From a virus: a DNA stretch of 64,000 nt. The translations under genes were made by a program, and so were the position numbers. Location of the stretch: positions 29,864 to 93,863 of IMG/VR virus record IMGVR_UViG_3300045972_000146, one strand, 5' to 3'. The notes beneath the pieces were generated by a model. The model saw nothing but the letters and a program-made list of their open reading frames with translations. It did not search any database and was not told the DNA's origin. Positions 55,015 through 64,000 of the stretch are shown here, piece by piece. How positions within the stretch are numbered: position 1 is the stretch's first letter; each line of letters begins with the position of its first letter.

Positions 55015-55382
55015 TATGCTTCAACTTTGATTATGCTTGGAATTATAAATATTCCGGTATTTACTTTTTGTATCAGATTGTCTGTTAAATCTCCATCTAC
55101 TGTGGGCCTTATGCACATTACGTCTAGAATAACTTGTCCAGACATGTCTTTAGTATAAGAACTCTTTATTGATCCTTTTAAAATCATACCAAGACCTCCA
55201 TCTGGATCTACTAATGGACTGTATCCGTCTTTAGATAAAACAGAAAACTTAGCTATAGAAGTATCTTGAGTATATGCATATATTATTACATTCTGAAAAT
55301 CATTAAAACTAGTTATATCTGAATTTGTAGATGTATTAAAATTTAATGAGAAATGTATATCCTCTCCTTGGTATTTTTTCAT
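55014..55382 (-). CDS. Putative fibre-attachment protein (BppU-N-like)
   Basis: YQGED start, beta-rich, TKDM.G pattern; upstream of the fibre genes. Confidence 0.5.
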   Translation of the reverse strand: MKKYQGEDIHFSLNFNTSTNSDITSFNDFQNVIIYAYTQDTSIAKFSVLSKDGYSPLVDPDGGLGMILKGSIKSSYTKDMSGQVILDVMCIRPTVDGDLTDNLIQKVNTGIFIIPSIIKVEA

Positions 55383-55384
55383 AA

Positions 55385-55720
55385 TTATAATTTTATCATT
55401 AATGCTCCAGTATCAGATATCATATACATAACTCCATTTTCAAGTGATGAGTCGGCGCTTGCACTAGCTGCAGATTCATATGTGCTAATATTATATATAC
55501 TTATTGTTCCATCCAATGTTATATTCCCACTCAATCCAGGGTTAAGTAAATTAGTATTTTCCAAGTACAGGGCTTCTAGATATTCAACCCATGTTTGCCC
55601 ATTCCAATATTTTAATGTTTTTCCATATGCATTTGCAGTTAAGTCCATCCATATAATATTCATCTTTGGATCTGGAGCGACTGTACTTGCGTATATTTTT
55701 GTAAAAGCTCTATTAGTCAT
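55385..55720 (-). CDS. Putative head fibre/hub protein
   Basis: ASTVAPDP...WMDL.AN.YG..LKYWNG..W pattern. Confidence 0.55.
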   Translation of the reverse strand: MTNRAFTKIYASTVAPDPKMNIIWMDLTANAYGKTLKYWNGQTWVEYLEALYLENTNLLNPGLSGNITLDGTISIYNISTYESAASASADSSLENGVMYMISDTGALMIKL

Positions 55721-55770
55721 AATTTATTTATTTTATTCAGCTATAAGTTGCAAACTTTTGTTTATGTTAT

Positions 55771-55803
55771 AAAAAAGGCCGGTCTAATTAAAAACCGACC
55801 TTC
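55771..55803 (-). terminator. Intrinsic terminator
   Basis: Minus strand aaggtcggttt-ttaatt-agaccggcc-tttttt downstream of 55827..56789. Confidence 0.75.
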
Positions 55804-55826
55804 TTAAAAGTATTAGTTGAGATCAA

Positions 55827-56789
55827 TTATGCAACGATCCAGGCTCTAATTTTGTCTCCTAAGGTTTCTGCAGACGCGGTTGCACCAGCTTCTACATATA
55901 CTTCAGCAGCTAATTGAGTTTCTTTTACATATTGATTGTCTGGACTTTGGTATTGATTTTTAAATTCAATAGTTAAAGTATCATAAGTCTTACTAAGATC
56001 AACATTCAATTCAGGTTTGATAATTGGCCAAGTAATTCTATTAGTAATTCCTTTATATGCAAGAGCTGCTTGTTCGCGGTCTCTAACGATATATGGATTA
56101 CCTTTTCCTGGCTTGCTTTGAGTAGTAGTGATCGTAACGCCAAAAGCATCCTTAGCACTATTAAATCTAGAATCTACAATAGTAGTGAAAGCAACAACAG
56201 TTAAGATCACTTGAGAATAAGGAGTAATTGCTTCTTTTCCTTGAGTTCCATAACCATTAGGAGTTACTTCTTTTGCAGTAAGTAACAATATGTTTGTTAA
56301 GTCAGCATATGTAGCAGTAACACGAGCACCTACATGAGCATTAACTCTAGCAGCGAATTTAGCGCCAATAGTATTAATAGTCTCACCAGCAGCAGCAATT
56401 ACTTCATAAGAATGAGTAAACTGTCCTGGATGTTCGTAGATATCCTTGTAGATACAACGAATAACATATCTATGTCCAGCAGTAATAGTAGCACTGGTAA
56501 AGTCTATAACAGAAGAAGCTTCTACTTTAGCAACATAAGCACCACCTGCATCAGGAGTAATATTAGTAATATTTTTCTTTCCGATAGGACTAGAAGTAGT
56601 AACACTACCATCAGACTTAACGAATTTTAATTTAATGTTGCTAACTGTAGCAGCAATAGCATTTGTACTAGATAAGTCAATTGCATTTCCGGTAGCGGCA
56701 TCCACAACGAATACGTCACCAGCAACTAGAGTAGCCCCAGCAGCATTGAATTTTTTAGCAACAAATACAGTATTTGGTTTTTGTAACAT
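55827..56789 (-). CDS. Capsid auxiliary/structural protein
   Basis: GHRYVIR..YKDIYEHPGQFTHSYEV, VRDRE..ALAYKG, YQSPDNQYVK motifs typical of crAss-like phages. Confidence 0.7.
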   Translation of the reverse strand: MLQKPNTVFVAKKFNAAGATLVAGDVFVVDAATGNAIDLSSTNAIAATVSNIKLKFVKSDGSVTTSSPIGKKNITNITPDAGGAYVAKVEASSVIDFTSATITAGHRYVIRCIYKDIYEHPGQFTHSYEVIAAAGETINTIGAKFAARVNAHVGARVTATYADLTNILLLTAKEVTPNGYGTQGKEAITPYSQVILTVVAFTTIVDSRFNSAKDAFGVTITTTQSKPGKGNPYIVRDREQAALAYKGITNRITWPIIKPELNVDLSKTYDTLTIEFKNQYQSPDNQYVKETQLAAEVYVEAGATASAETLGDKIRAWIVA

Positions 56790-56824
56790 AATTTTTATTT
56801 GTTTTTAGTTAATTTACTTGTCGA

Positions 56825-56895
56825 CTCAGTTCATAACTATCGTTTAGTTCTTCTACTTTCCCGTAATTGGATTTCCACGTTGATACTAAACTGAG
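56825..56895 (-). promoter_or_regulatory. Structured leader upstream of the auxiliary capsid gene
   Basis: ctcagtt/aactgag closing stem with inner tatc/gata, enclosing AACGTGGAAATCCAAT...AAGTAGAAG. Confidence 0.45.
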
Positions 56896-56904
56896 ATCTT
56901 TTTT

Positions 56905-57738
56905 TTACTCAATTACTTGAGATTCCTGAGAGAAGGTTTGATACCTAGGCTCAGAAATATTTTCTAATGCTAATCTAACTGCTCCTGTGATTATTTCATC
57001 CCAAGTATGGTCAGGCATTATTGTTATTTGTATTTCTTCGAATTTAATAGCATTCCAGATTCCTGGTGTAGTTATCGCAGAAGTACATATATATTGTTTG
57101 TTATTATATGAAACCTTATCTCCTATAGCATACGTTGATGTAATAGAAAATTTAGGATATGCATAAAAATCTAATTTATCTGGCTTTGGAATATATGTTA
57201 TTGTATAGTTTGGTATAAAATAAGTACCATCTGTATATAACATTATCTTTCCATCGCAATAAAGTCTTAATGGTTTGGCTACTCCATTGTGAAGTATGTG
57301 TGGAGATAGTGAGTTCTTAAGCCTAGTATCTATATTCTCTATAGTACACTCTTCAACATCACCTCTTTTTATGATCAAATCATCTTCTGCGGCTCCAATA
57401 GGATATCCTATATACATAGTCTCTCCAAGTCCAATCCAGTAATCTTCTGGATATTCAACATAATATGCACTAGAAACTAATTCATCTAAAGTCTTAATTC
57501 CGTTATGATCAAAAGTAATGGATTTAACCATCGTTCTAAGATCATCAGTTCTTTTTTGGCTTTGTTGGAATCCGTCCTTATGTACGTTTAGTCCAGAATA
57601 TCTAGTTTTTATAAATCTTTCTATATACGTATTCAAAAAGAAATCCTTTTCCTCTGGAAGGAATGATGGATAACTAGACTCTCCTGAGGATTTATCTAAT
57701 AGTATATCAAAATTTCTATGTGCTTCGTATAAAGTCAT
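56905..57738 (-). CDS. Ring/neck structural protein
   Basis: FLPEE.D.FLN, RYSG.N...GFQQSQKRTDDLR, KPLRL, MPDHTWDEI motifs. Confidence 0.72.
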   Translation of the reverse strand: MTLYEAHRNFDILLDKSSGESSYPSFLPEEKDFFLNTYIERFIKTRYSGLNVHKDGFQQSQKRTDDLRTMVKSITFDHNGIKTLDELVSSAYYVEYPEDYWIGLGETMYIGYPIGAAEDDLIIKRGDVEECTIENIDTRLKNSLSPHILHNGVAKPLRLYCDGKIMLYTDGTYFIPNYTITYIPKPDKLDFYAYPKFSITSTYAIGDKVSYNNKQYICTSAITTPGIWNAIKFEEIQITIMPDHTWDEIITGAVRLALENISEPRYQTFSQESQVIE

Positions 57739-57740
57739 TA

Positions 57741-58493
57741 TTATTTACCTTCAGTTTCGTTTAATATTGTCATCTTTAAATCCTGATTCTTCTTGTCATC
57801 CAAGTAAGTTACAGCATCATCCAATGAAGTTCCAATAATATCAGTACCATATAAATATGCGTTTTTATTCTTGCGCATAATATTTTTTGCAATGGCAGCT
57901 TCAATTAAGAACTCTGTATTTTTTGTTTTATTATTTACCCATTTAGAGAAGAACTTCTCTGGATTAGATTCAACTTGTTCGAACAATTTGGCTTCTACTA
58001 ATTCCGCAGACATTGTATCTGCTTTGAATCCAAATAAGCGTAAACATTTTCTCATTTCTTCTAATGACAGTTTGTCAAATTCCTTAATAGCATCACGTTT
58101 GCGTTTGCCAAGTCTATTTGATTCCTGTGCTTCTGCGTCTTTGTTAACCATTACATAGTCAGTTCCAGGTTTTAGATCATTCAATCCATTTGCAACTCTA
58201 TGATGATTTCTAAGAAATAGGTATTGTAATTCGTCCCATGGTCTACTAGTATCAAGTATTAATTCCTTGTTGGTAATTTTTACTATAAATGTTACCCAGT
58301 ATTTACTATATGGGGCCAATGTGTTTGGTCCTAAATTTAATGCTTTTTCAAGTCTCTCTGCATCTTCGGTAGTTAAACCAGTATGCATATTACCTGATCT
58401 TGTTAATGAAGGGCATATGTAGTCAAAACATGATTTATATTTTATTACTCCAGCCCAAGCGTCTTTACGCTTATGTTTAATTATGATTTCCAC
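57741..58493 (-). CDS. Conserved crAss-like capsid-module protein
   Basis: TRSG...TGLT..DA.RLE, DELQYLFL, MRKCLRLFG, YGTDIIG motifs; downstream of the MCP. Confidence 0.7.
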   Translation of the reverse strand: MEIIIKHKRKDAWAGVIKYKSCFDYICPSLTRSGNMHTGLTTEDAERLEKALNLGPNTLAPYSKYWVTFIVKITNKELILDTSRPWDELQYLFLRNHHRVANGLNDLKPGTDYVMVNKDAEAQESNRLGKRKRDAIKEFDKLSLEEMRKCLRLFGFKADTMSAELVEAKLFEQVESNPEKFFSKWVNNKTKNTEFLIEAAIAKNIMRKNKNAYLYGTDIIGTSLDDAVTYLDDKKNQDLKMTILNETEGK

Positions 58494-58588
58494 AATATTT
58501 TCTTTTTATGAATCTTCATTCTTTCGAGTATGATTCGGTTCAATAATTATATTTAATTGTTACATAAATGGAAATCAATCCACATATG

Positions 58589-59224
58589 CTATTCTTTTAA
58601 TTTCCAGATGAATTTAATATTAGCAGTCGATCTATTTGATCCATCTAATTTTGATTCGCCCTTTAATTGTCTTTGTATCGTTCTTCTGTCTGCTCCAGTG
58701 CTTCTAGACGCCTCTATTATACTGGGAAACTCATTTAGTAGTTCTCCATTTATAGAATATTGCAATATAGATCTAGACTGTCTTAAACCATTGCTTCTAG
58801 CTATTTCGGCATGAGATTCTGATAATTTTCTTCCTATTTGCTTTAGCCTTATTATTTCTCTAGCCTCTGCGGTAAATCCCTTATTTAGTATCCTTAACTT
58901 TTCTCTAGTCTCTTTAGATACTTCTAATCCTGGGTTTCCTCTTCCGCCTTTTGCAACATTATAACCCTTATCATGATTCGTTGTGTCATAAAAAGATACC
59001 CAATACTGCTCTCTTTGATTTTCAAGTCCATCTTCACATGTCTCCAATACTCTTATTGAAAATTGATTTATACCAAATTCGAATATTGCTGCATGTACTT
59101 TAGACTGTTGTCTTTTATTCGCAGAAAATTTATGTTCTGCCATTCTGGAATTTATATTCCTCTTTGTTTGTCCAATGTAAGATTTTCCATCTAATTCATT
59201 GGTTAATTTATATATATTATACAT
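58589..59224 (-). CDS. GIY-YIG homing endonuclease with NUMOD-type C-terminus (free-standing)
   Basis: NIYKLTN...YIGQT, R..EH, GYN; ILQYSING..LNEFPSI.EA. Confidence 0.88.
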   Translation of the reverse strand: MYNIYKLTNELDGKSYIGQTKRNINSRMAEHKFSANKRQQSKVHAAIFEFGINQFSIRVLETCEDGLENQREQYWVSFYDTTNHDKGYNVAKGGRGNPGLEVSKETREKLRILNKGFTAEAREIIRLKQIGRKLSESHAEIARSNGLRQSRSILQYSINGELLNEFPSIIEASRSTGADRRTIQRQLKGESKLDGSNRSTANIKFIWKLKE

Positions 59225-59253
59225 AGTACTTACTAATTAAAGCTTATACTATG

Positions 59254-59282
59254 TATAACGTATATATTAGTTATTTTGTTGC
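59254..59282 (-). promoter_or_regulatory. Putative AAC-N17-CGTT (ECF-like) promoter for the GIY-YIG gene
   Basis: gcAAC aaaataactaatatata CGTTata, about 30 nt upstream of the ATG. Confidence 0.35.
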
Positions 59283-59306
59283 CCCATACGCTGGGAAAAA
59301 TACAAC

Positions 59307-60785
59307 TTAATCAATCACGTCCATGATCAATTCCCCACACGCTCTTGGGTCACGCACCATGATACCGACTTCACCTAAGAAGTGTACTGAGTAACCATCC
59401 TTTGCATTTGAACGCAAAGTATTGATAGATTTACCATATCCAGCTCCAGGGGTTACAGAACCACCAGTATGCCACATAACCATTTCTCTATCTTTTCTAG
59501 CTACCTTAACGATATTAGCTTCACCATCTCTTGTACCGAAGTCTAAGAAAGTAAATCTGTAAGATTCAACTGGCTTACCAGTGATTGGATGTAATTTACG
59601 GTTATGAACGATATCATCGTACATAGGTAAATGTTTAACAGTTAATTCAATACCGTTAGTCATCTTGTAAGTCGTGAACTGACCACCTAAGGTTAATTCT
59701 TGACCATTACCAGTGATAAATTTAGTATCAATTAAGTTAAAGGCTCCCATTTTTTCTTTCAATACACGGTCAAATTCACGCATACCCATCTCGCCAGTAA
59801 AGGCTACGAATTTACGTTCGTTAGTTCCCAACATATTGTAAGACATATCAAATAAGAAGTCTTCCATTAAATCAGCATTCAATTCAGTATAATATCTACG
59901 GTTAGAAGGAGCAATCTGTTGTAACAGACCAGCACCGATATAAACCGGACGACCATTAGTACCCATCAAATCAGTAGTTCCATCAGGATTAGCATTGTAT
60001 TTAGAATAAACTAATTGTCTTTCTAAACGTTTGTTCCATTCACGAGCAGCTTTCCATTCCTGGAAGTCAGACCATAGATAAGAAGTTTTGCCAGTCTTAG
60101 GGTCTTTAAGTGCGATTGCTAATACAGTACTATAAGCGGTACCAGTAATATCATAAGACAAACGAACTGTAGTCAAATGATTATGCAATTTGATATGAGT
60201 ATTGTAGTTGATGATATCTGCTTCTTCAGAATATTCTTCGTAGGCAGAACCTAAACGAGATACTTGACATCCAGCAACTAAATATTTACCAGGTACGTAA
60301 GAGGTAGCTTGACTATCAGCGATGAAACAAGTATAAACCCATTCGTTACCATCTTGGTAAGGTGCACCAGATACACGTAATTGATATTCTTTATCATCTA
60401 ATTCAATGATAGCACCAGGTCCAAACCATTTGTCTTCTAAAGACAACATGATAGGAGTGTTTCCTAATCCAGCTTGAGTGGTTGGGCCTGTTACAACACT
60501 ACCATTCCATTTTGCAGAACGAATAGTAACTGCACGATCTGAATCAATCATTACTGACCATCTAAATTCGCGTTGATCGATTACCATAGTTTTTCCAAGA
60601 CCACCTGTTAAGAAGTCAAGAGCAGAACTATAGCCATCATCTTTAGTACCGAACACGTAAGAAATTACGCTAGATACTTCATGAGGTTTAACCAACAATG
60701 CGTTTGAAAGCATGTTTTCGTCTACTAGATCTGAAAACCATTTTCCACGGTATAGTTGTAGGTTATTTAAAATTCCATTATCCAT
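59307..60785 (-). CDS. Major capsid protein (crAss-like)
   Basis: LNNLQLYRGKWFSDLVDENMLSNAL, SAYEEYSEEADI, GAGLLQQI, SNAKDGYSVHFLGE, CGELI motifs. Confidence 0.93.
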   Translation of the reverse strand: MDNGILNNLQLYRGKWFSDLVDENMLSNALLVKPHEVSSVISYVFGTKDDGYSSALDFLTGGLGKTMVIDQREFRWSVMIDSDRAVTIRSAKWNGSVVTGPTTQAGLGNTPIMLSLEDKWFGPGAIIELDDKEYQLRVSGAPYQDGNEWVYTCFIADSQATSYVPGKYLVAGCQVSRLGSAYEEYSEEADIINYNTHIKLHNHLTTVRLSYDITGTAYSTVLAIALKDPKTGKTSYLWSDFQEWKAAREWNKRLERQLVYSKYNANPDGTTDLMGTNGRPVYIGAGLLQQIAPSNRRYYTELNADLMEDFLFDMSYNMLGTNERKFVAFTGEMGMREFDRVLKEKMGAFNLIDTKFITGNGQELTLGGQFTTYKMTNGIELTVKHLPMYDDIVHNRKLHPITGKPVESYRFTFLDFGTRDGEANIVKVARKDREMVMWHTGGSVTPGAGYGKSINTLRSNAKDGYSVHFLGEVGIMVRDPRACGELIMDVID

Positions 60786-60815
60786 ATTATATAAAACTTA
60801 GTTTTATTGTTTTAA

Positions 60816-61940
60816 TTATTTAGCTCTTAACTGATTTGCAGCCATTGTCCATAAAGGCATTGCAGAGCCATTGTTTATTGTTTGTTTTGATCCACTTACT
60901 TTATTGGTCCTTAATGTATTCTTAAGTCTTTCTGTTGCAGACGTTTCGCCAGATCTTTTAGCCTGTTCTAACAATACGTCACCTTTCATAGTGAAGTATG
61001 CAGATTCTATTAAGTTCTTAACTATTTTAGAAGGATTTGAGTAGTCTTTTTGATACTTCGTGCTTCCATCAGATTCAACTTTAAGTAAATAGTTCTTTAA
61101 AATAGACTTATCTTCTTTAGGAATCTTAATACCTCGAACGTCCGTAAGGGCCTCTATCTGTTCTACAACGTTGTTGTAAAATTTTTGTTGCTCCTGCATA
61201 CTAGTCTCATAGGCCATTCTCTGATTCTCTAATAGCTCTTTTTTCTTTTGTTCTTTTGATTCCTTTAAAAATTCTACAGCATCAGTGGCTTCGTCCTCTA
61301 AAAGATCAGCATCTTCATACTTCTCTAATTTTCTTTTTATCTGGATATCACTAAAACCCTTATCCGTTAAGAATTGTCTAACTACTTCTTTCTGCGTATA
61401 TTCATCAGTAAGATCTAATTTATCATAATCTACATCGACATTAGACTTAGCAACGTAATCAGATAGAGTTCCTCCATTTCTAACGTATTCATCAATAGCA
61501 GCTACTTCGTCATTTGCATATACTGGTTTGCTACTTTCTTCTACGGCGGTCTTCATGTAGTTAACAAAGTCTTCTACTGATTTTGGCTTATCATCATCAG
61601 TAACTCCTTCCCAGCCTACCTGTTCGGCAATAGCATCAAAGAATGCGGTGACTTGTTCTATTTCAGCATCGTCTTCATGACTTTCTACTTCTACTGGAAT
61701 TCCATCTACCCCAGGAGTTCCAGGCTCTCCACTAGGATCACCTTTAGAATCATCAGTAGCGACTGGAGTAATTTCAACTACATCGTCGTCTTCTGTTAAG
61801 TCAGACTCAACTTCTACGGTATCATTAGTTCTATCATTTGGGTCTTCTACTATTTCTACCCCTTTAAATTTTGCGTTCTCATTAGGAGATAGAGTATCAA
61901 AGATAGCATCAAATCCGCCTAGTACATCGTTTGTTTTCAT
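60816..61940 (-). CDS. Acidic scaffold-like conserved protein upstream of the MCP
   Basis: Highly acidic N-terminus; YV.NGG, KYEDADLLEDEA, TKYQKDY, LIESAYFTMKGD motifs. Confidence 0.75.
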   Translation of the reverse strand: MKTNDVLGGFDAIFDTLSPNENAKFKGVEIVEDPNDRTNDTVEVESDLTEDDDVVEITPVATDDSKGDPSGEPGTPGVDGIPVEVESHEDDAEIEQVTAFFDAIAEQVGWEGVTDDDKPKSVEDFVNYMKTAVEESSKPVYANDEVAAIDEYVRNGGTLSDYVAKSNVDVDYDKLDLTDEYTQKEVVRQFLTDKGFSDIQIKRKLEKYEDADLLEDEATDAVEFLKESKEQKKKELLENQRMAYETSMQEQQKFYNNVVEQIEALTDVRGIKIPKEDKSILKNYLLKVESDGSTKYQKDYSNPSKIVKNLIESAYFTMKGDVLLEQAKRSGETSATERLKNTLRTNKVSGSKQTINNGSAMPLWTMAANQLRAK

Positions 61941-61962
61941 AATTATTATTTATAATTGTATT

Positions 61963-62709
61963 TTATTTTTTATATTTAAGCAAATTCATGCTATTATCTA
62001 TTCTTGCTGGACTATTTGGTAGTATAGATGGAATCACTTTTGTAGTGTCTACTATATTCTGGACATTTAAGTCTTTCTTTAAGACATTGTCTCTAAGGTC
62101 AACTATTCTTTTTCCATATATAGGGTTCTCCATTACATTTAGTCCGGACTTAGGGATTTTAACTCCATACATATTATCGGTTATTTCTCCATGTCCCGGA
62201 ATTATCAAATGAGTTCCTTTCTCCCCGGTGCCGTTATAATACTGCAATTGATGTAAATCATCTAAATGGCCAGCTTTCCTTGCGGCCGATAATTTATTAT
62301 GCATTATTAGAACAGAGTCATCTATAGGAGAAGTTGCTTTATCAAAATTTCTAGAACTGTTCAATATTCTTCCTGGATTATCTGGATCCAACTTTCCAAA
62401 TTTACTTTCCTGAAATAGTATAGCTAGTGCATTCCATGGATCTTCTCCTCTCATTTTTGCACTTCTAACCGCCTCTACCATTGGATCTGTAGGATAATCA
62501 TCAGTCTTAAGATCTTTATTTGGATTAATAGGTTCTCCGCTAGTAGCATTTACAGTCCTTCTATCCTTTATTCGTATACTAGGAGGAGTTGGAATTTTTA
62601 TTTGAGCAGGAGCCTGTACTTTTGGAAATACAGATTGATCTAATCCAAATGGAGTTCCGTCCGGAAAGGACGGATCTACCATGTTGTTATTTTGTATTAG
62701 TATTGGCAT
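61963..62709 (-). CDS. Lytic transglycosylase/lysozyme-like protein
   Basis: DP..ALAILFQESKFG (catalytic ES), LQYYNG, YGKRI SLT-type motifs. Confidence 0.6.
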   Translation of the reverse strand: MPILIQNNNMVDPSFPDGTPFGLDQSVFPKVQAPAQIKIPTPPSIRIKDRRTVNATSGEPINPNKDLKTDDYPTDPMVEAVRSAKMRGEDPWNALAILFQESKFGKLDPDNPGRILNSSRNFDKATSPIDDSVLIMHNKLSAARKAGHLDDLHQLQYYNGTGEKGTHLIIPGHGEITDNMYGVKIPKSGLNVMENPIYGKRIVDLRDNVLKKDLNVQNIVDTTKVIPSILPNSPARIDNSMNLLKYKK

Positions 62710-62710
62710 A

Positions 62711-63379
62711 TTATTTCTGTCCTACTACTTTATGATATTCTTCTTTACTTATAATAAATATAGTTGCATTGTATTTTTCAAGTCTACCCTGTTTGTTATT
62801 TATAACGTATCCAGTAGTACTATGCCCTATATTTAGAGATCTTTCTAAATCCTTATATCCATAATAATGAAATACGTCTCCATTATCAAAAACTATTTTT
62901 AGAAATTTATTTCCTTTTTTATTATTAAAATCAGAATATCTTTTTATTGTTTTTTCTTTTATTTTATTTATAGACGACTCTTTCATATCATCAGACCAAT
63001 CTGACCATATCCTATATTTTATATCGCCATCTTTATATTTTTTCTTTAAAGTATCTGATTGAGACTTTCTGAACGCTCCAGGAATATATCCGTTTGCGGT
63101 TCTTCTACATAAATTATAACCCACATTGCCAAATGGTTTGAAATAATCTAAATAATATTGTTCAAATTCAATACACTCTAATGGACTACATTCCTCTAAT
63201 ATTGAAAAGTTAAAATAATTTCTATTCTTATTCCACGCGCATTGAAGATGTTTGTTATAATGAGATCCTTTGTTTAATAGAAATTTATGGACATAAAATC
63301 TTTTTTCTATATTTATAGAACTCCCAATATATATTTTCCCATTAAACTTATTTTCTATTTTGTATACTCCTGAAATCAT
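62711..63379 (-). CDS. GIY-YIG homing endonuclease (free-standing)
   Basis: GVYKIEN...YIGSS, R...H, HYNKHLQ, EQYYLD, GYN. Confidence 0.88.
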   Translation of the reverse strand: MISGVYKIENKFNGKIYIGSSINIEKRFYVHKFLLNKGSHYNKHLQCAWNKNRNYFNFSILEECSPLECIEFEQYYLDYFKPFGNVGYNLCRRTANGYIPGAFRKSQSDTLKKKYKDGDIKYRIWSDWSDDMKESSINKIKEKTIKRYSDFNNKKGNKFLKIVFDNGDVFHYYGYKDLERSLNIGHSTTGYVINNKQGRLEKYNATIFIISKEEYHKVVGQK

Positions 63380-63999
63380 CTCTCTCCACTAGTCTTATTC
63401 TTAAGTGCGGTACTTGCTTTTAATTTCTCTCTTGCCATTGCAGCTTTATCCTTAATCACTTGCATTGACTTTTCGTGTTGCATTCTTTTATCCTCTAGAT
63501 TAAGCTTTTCTCTCTCTAAGTCTATCTTCTTATTCTCTATCTGCTTTTGAACCTCTATCTTCTTATGCTCAGCATTTATTTTCAACGAAGTTTCTCTTTC
63601 TTTCTCAGATAATTCAATCTGCCTATTCATAGCATCTGCATTTGCCTGTTGAGTTCTAAGCCCTAAGTCCGCGATCTCCATAGGATCAGGTATACCATTG
63701 TTATTCTGATCTAAGTCTTGTTGAAGTTTATATACGTCAATCTCAGCAACTGTAATTCTAGTCTGACTTTCGGTATCGATCTTATACTTAGCAAGTTCAA
63801 GTTCTTGTTGCTTCATCTCAACTTCCTGTTGTTTAACAGTATTTTGTTCTTGAATCAACTGCATTTGTCTTTGATTTTCTTGATCAGCAATTTCCTTCTG
63901 TTGTTGCATTCTCCTTTGCTCTATATCACTAAGCTTATTCTTTATTTGAGATATACTATCTAATGTCATGATCTCAGCTATATCAAGTATACTGGCTCC
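63376..63999 (-). CDS. Portal protein, C-terminal part (open to the window edge)
   Basis: Frame stays open to 63999 (GASILDIAEIMT...); Q/E/K coiled coil, TRITVAEI, D.NNNGIPDPMEIA; portal-scaffold-MCP synteny. Confidence 0.8.
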   Translation of the reverse strand, partial: GASILDIAEIMTLDSISQIKNKLSDIEQRRMQQQKEIADQENQRQMQLIQEQNTVKQQEVEMKQQELELAKYKIDTESQTRITVAEIDVYKLQQDLDQNNNGIPDPMEIADLGLRTQQANADAMNRQIELSEKERETSLKINAEHKKIEVQKQIENKKIDLEREKLNLEDKRMQHEKSMQVIKDKAAMAREKLKASTALKNKTSGER

Positions 64000-64000
64000 A

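Overview
A 64 kb segment of a crAss-like (Crassvirales) phage genome, with a Bacteroidota host inferred. ORFs read in the standard genetic code. The plus strand (1-13.5 kb) opens with about 1.9 kb of ORF-free sequence dense in predicted helices. It continues with small early genes and a replication/recombination module: initiator-like protein, DnaB, AAA_24 ATPase, SSB-like protein, primase, a MoxR AAA+/vWA pair and a PD-(D/E)XK nuclease. No DNA polymerase lies in the window. The minus strand (13.6-64 kb) is the virion module: portal (partial), GIY-YIG, transglycosylase-like protein, scaffold-like protein, major capsid protein, a second GIY-YIG, ring and capsid accessory proteins, collagen fibres, a FISUMP/LamG protein, a lysis cassette, IHF-like, tail tubular and muzzle proteins, cargo proteins, a 4533-aa virion RNA polymerase (DFDID motif), a ferritin-like protein and a 2012-aa zincin-motif protein. 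The main candidate novelty is a putative giant structured ncRNA (about 120-1950) with long-range helices. It comes with a recurring tRNA-like T-arm module (3 copies), other structured intergenic elements, 5-nt periodic repeats ahead of replication genes, and two downstream genes with strong Shine-Dalgarno sites. All structures were paired by eye and all family calls come from motif recognition; no search or folding program was run.
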